A stretch of 36,247 nucleotides of DNA from an uncultured Bacilli bacterium (GTDB taxonomy: Bacteria; Bacillota_I; Bacilli_A; RF39; UBA660). A program made the position numbers and the translations under genes. A model generated the notes under the pieces. The model was given only the letters and a program-made list of their open reading frames with translations, was not told the origin of the DNA and did not search any database. The stretch covers positions 1-36,247 of the forward strand of contig CALVRF010000002.1 in assembly GCA_944358495.1 (NCBI GenBank), read 5' to 3'. Of this stretch, positions 33,833-36,247 are shown one piece after another; position 1 is the stretch's first letter; every line of letters begins with the position of its first letter.

Positions 33833-36175
33833 ATGCCAGAAATTACTGAAAAAGAAATAGAAATTTTAGATGAATATTTTAGAGCTGCTAATTATTTATC
33901 AGCTTGCGAGTTATATTTGTTGGATAATCCATTATTAAAAAAGCCACTAGAAAAAAAGCACATTAAAAAGAAAATTGTTGGGCATTGGGGGACTGTCCCT
34001 GCTCAAAATTTTGTCTATACGCATTTAAATAGAATTATAAAAAAATATGATTTAGACATGATTTATATTTCTGGTCCTGGCCATGGTGGAAACTTTTTAG
34101 TTGCTAATACCTATTTAGAAGGCAGTTATAGTGAATTTTACCCGAATATTACCGAAGATGAAGAAGGGTTAAAAAAATTATTTAAACAGTTTTCTTTTCC
34201 TGGGGGAATATCTAGTCATGCAGCACCTGAAAACCCTGGAAGTATTCATGAAGGTGGGGAACTTGGCTACTCATTGGCTCATGCTTATGGTGCTGTTTTC
34301 GATAACCCTAATTTAATTGCTACATGCGTTATTGGTGATGGTGAAGCCGAAACAGGTCCTTTAGCCACTTCATGGAACTCTAATAAATTTTTAAATCCCA
34401 AAACCGATGGAGCGGTTATCCCTATTTTAAATTTAAACGGTTATAAAATTAGTAATCCCACTGTTTTTTTTAGAATGACTAATAAAGAGCTAGGAAGTTA
34501 CTTCTATAGTCTTGGATATAAGCCATACTTAGTTGAAGGTAGTGACCCCAAATCAATGCACAAATTAATGGCCAATACCTTAGATGAAATAGTTAGACAA
34601 ATAAAAGATATTCAAAATAAAGCTCGAACCGGTAATAATTCAGAATTACCTAGATGGCCGATGATTATTTTAAGAACTCCAAAAGGGTGGACTGGACCTA
34701 AAGAAGTCGATGGTAAACCTGTAGAAGGTACATTTAGAGCTCATCAAGTCCCTATTTCGATGGAAAAAGATGAACACTTACCAATGCTAGAAAATTGGTT
34801 AAAAAGTTATCATCCCGAAGAACTATTTGATGACAAAGGCAGACTAGTTCAAAGATTAAAAGAATGGTTACCAAAAGGTAATAAAAGAATGGGAGCAACC
34901 CCCTATGCCAACGGAGGAATGCTGTTAAAAGACTTAATTTTGCCTGATTTTAAAAAATATGCTATTAAGGTCAGTAAACCTGGCGAAATCAAAACGGGGG
35001 ATATGTTGGAACTAAGTGGATATATCCGAGATATTATCAAAAATAACCCTCATAATTTTCGTGCTTTTAGTCCAGACGAAGCTATGTCCAATCGTCTTTA
35101 TCGAATGTTCGAAACAACGAATCGAGACTGGCAAGAAACTATCGAAACCAATGATGAATATTTAAGTAAAGATGGCCGAATCATGGATTCTTATTTATCT
35201 GAGCACATGTGTGAAGGTTGGCTTGAAGGTTATTTATTAACTGGTAGACATGGATTTTTTACCAGTTATGAGGCTTTCATTCGTATTGTCGATTCCATGG
35301 TCTCTCAGCACGCTAAGTGGTTAAAAGTCTGTAACCAAATTTCTTGGCGCAGAAGTATTGCTTCTTTAAATTTAATTTTAACCTCGAACGTTTGGCAACA
35401 AGACCATAATGGTTTTACTCATCAAGACCCTGGGTTTTTAGATCATATTGCTAACAAAAAAGCCGACGTCGTCAGAATGTATCTTCCACCAGATGCAAAT
35501 TGCTTGTTATCTTGTTTTGACCATTGTATTAAAAGTCGTAATTATGTCAATGTTATTGTAGCATCTAAGCATCCGAGTTATCAATGGTTAACCATGGAAG
35601 ATGCTATTGAGCACTGTACTAAAGGTCTTGGTATTTGGCAGTGGGCTAGTAACGACCAAGATGAAGACCCTGATGTTATTATGGCTTGTTGTGGTGATAC
35701 ACCAACCTTAGAAACTATAGCGTCCATATCTATTTTAAATAAAGAACTACCTGATTTAAAAATAAGATGTATTAATGTCGTTGATTTAATGAAATTGGAA
35801 TCGCCAACCAAACATCCGCATTCTCTAAGTGATGATGATTATGATTTATTATTTACCAAAGATAAACCGATAATTTTCAATTATCATGGTTATCCAACTT
35901 TGATTCATGAACTTACTTACTTAAGGCATAATCGTAATATATCAGTTCATGGTTATTTAGAAGAAGGAACCATAACGACACCGTTTGATATGCGGGTTCA
36001 AAACAAAATCGATCGTTTTCACCTAGTTCAAGATGTTATTATGCATTTATCTAAACAAGGTAGTAAAGAAATGTATTTAATGGAAAAAATGACTAATAAA
36101 ATAATCGAACATAATAATTATATTAGAGAAAATGGCATTGATATGCCAGAGATCCAAAACTGGAAATGGGAATAA
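33833..36175 (+). CDS. xfp: xylulose-5-phosphate/fructose-6-phosphate phosphoketolase
   Basis: GAAGGGG RBS. 780 aa with the phosphoketolase signatures EGGELGY and GDGEAETGP and a conserved TPP-binding architecture. Confidence 0.95.
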   Translation: MPEITEKEIEILDEYFRAANYLSACELYLLDNPLLKKPLEKKHIKKKIVGHWGTVPAQNFVYTHLNRIIKKYDLDMIYISGPGHGGNFLVANTYLEGSYSEFYPNITEDEEGLKKLFKQFSFPGGISSHAAPENPGSIHEGGELGYSLAHAYGAVFDNPNLIATCVIGDGEAETGPLATSWNSNKFLNPKTDGAVIPILNLNGYKISNPTVFFRMTNKELGSYFYSLGYKPYLVEGSDPKSMHKLMANTLDEIVRQIKDIQNKARTGNNSELPRWPMIILRTPKGWTGPKEVDGKPVEGTFRAHQVPISMEKDEHLPMLENWLKSYHPEELFDDKGRLVQRLKEWLPKGNKRMGATPYANGGMLLKDLILPDFKKYAIKVSKPGEIKTGDMLELSGYIRDIIKNNPHNFRAFSPDEAMSNRLYRMFETTNRDWQETIETNDEYLSKDGRIMDSYLSEHMCEGWLEGYLLTGRHGFFTSYEAFIRIVDSMVSQHAKWLKVCNQISWRRSIASLNLILTSNVWQQDHNGFTHQDPGFLDHIANKKADVVRMYLPPDANCLLSCFDHCIKSRNYVNVIVASKHPSYQWLTMEDAIEHCTKGLGIWQWASNDQDEDPDVIMACCGDTPTLETIASISILNKELPDLKIRCINVVDLMKLESPTKHPHSLSDDDYDLLFTKDKPIIFNYHGYPTLIHELTYLRHNRNISVHGYLEEGTITTPFDMRVQNKIDRFHLVQDVIMHLSKQGSKEMYLMEKMTNKIIEHNNYIRENGIDMPEIQNWKWE

Positions 36176-36207
36176 AGTCTAAAAGTGTAAAGTTTTTAGA
36201 CTTTTTA
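36176..36207 (+). terminator. rho-independent terminator of xfp
   Basis: AGTCTAAAA (36176-36184) pairs with TTTTAGACT (36194-36202), followed by TTTT. Confidence 0.65.
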
Positions 36208-36247
36208 TAATTTTATTTTCCAAAAACTTGTTTAATGGTAAAAAAAT

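Noticed and set aside
1-36247. Search for rRNA, tRNA, CRISPR arrays, group II introns or large tandem repeats
   Set aside because: I found no cloverleaf-like G+C-rich segment, no regularly spaced direct repeats and no rRNA-like conserved block when reading the intergenic regions. The only structured non-coding segments are the T-box, the rpsD leader and the 24411-24540 spacer.

Overview
This is an AT-rich (roughly 30% G+C by eye) chromosomal segment from a low-GC, endospore-forming Firmicute that uses the standard genetic code. The spore-former call rests on spo0A with its signature C-terminal domain, an alpha/beta-type SASP, ezrA and a T-box leader. Most of the window is housekeeping. It holds a truncated rimP followed by nusA-ylxR-infB, then rbfA behind an intervening terminator, plus a Tyr T-box leader driving deoC-tyrS. 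It also holds gmk, rpsD with a structured leader, ezrA, a SASP gene, thiI, clpP, a long uridine-kinase-family protein with gap, pgk and tpiA, spo0A, dusB and phosphoketolase. The order tyrS / rpsD / ezrA / SASP / thiI recalls the Bacillus subtilis arrangement as I remember it. Accessory content is modest. It comprises an XRE / Bro-N / YjbR module, a GT2 + GtrA pair, a DUF2207 membrane protein, a decayed IS30-family element, and a 5'-truncated beta-helix repeat gene fragment. I do not see a self-contained novel multi-gene system such as a defence island. The features that stand out are these. (1) Three dispersed stand-alone type IV pilin-like genes sit inside otherwise conserved housekeeping loci, with no pilus assembly genes in the window. 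(2) The glycolytic cluster is split twice. A pilin gene appears to head the pgk transcript, and a flippase-like membrane protein plus a GT4 glycosyltransferase are translationally coupled between pgk and tpiA. (3) A Tyr-specific T-box has deoC as its first regulated gene. (4) rimP encodes only the N-terminal domain. (5) A roughly 43-nt intergenic element occurs three times, each time immediately 3' of a terminator hairpin. (6) A roughly 130-nt spacer can form mutually exclusive hairpins. No rRNA, tRNA or CRISPR array was recognised. All coordinates and counts were derived by hand from the sequence.
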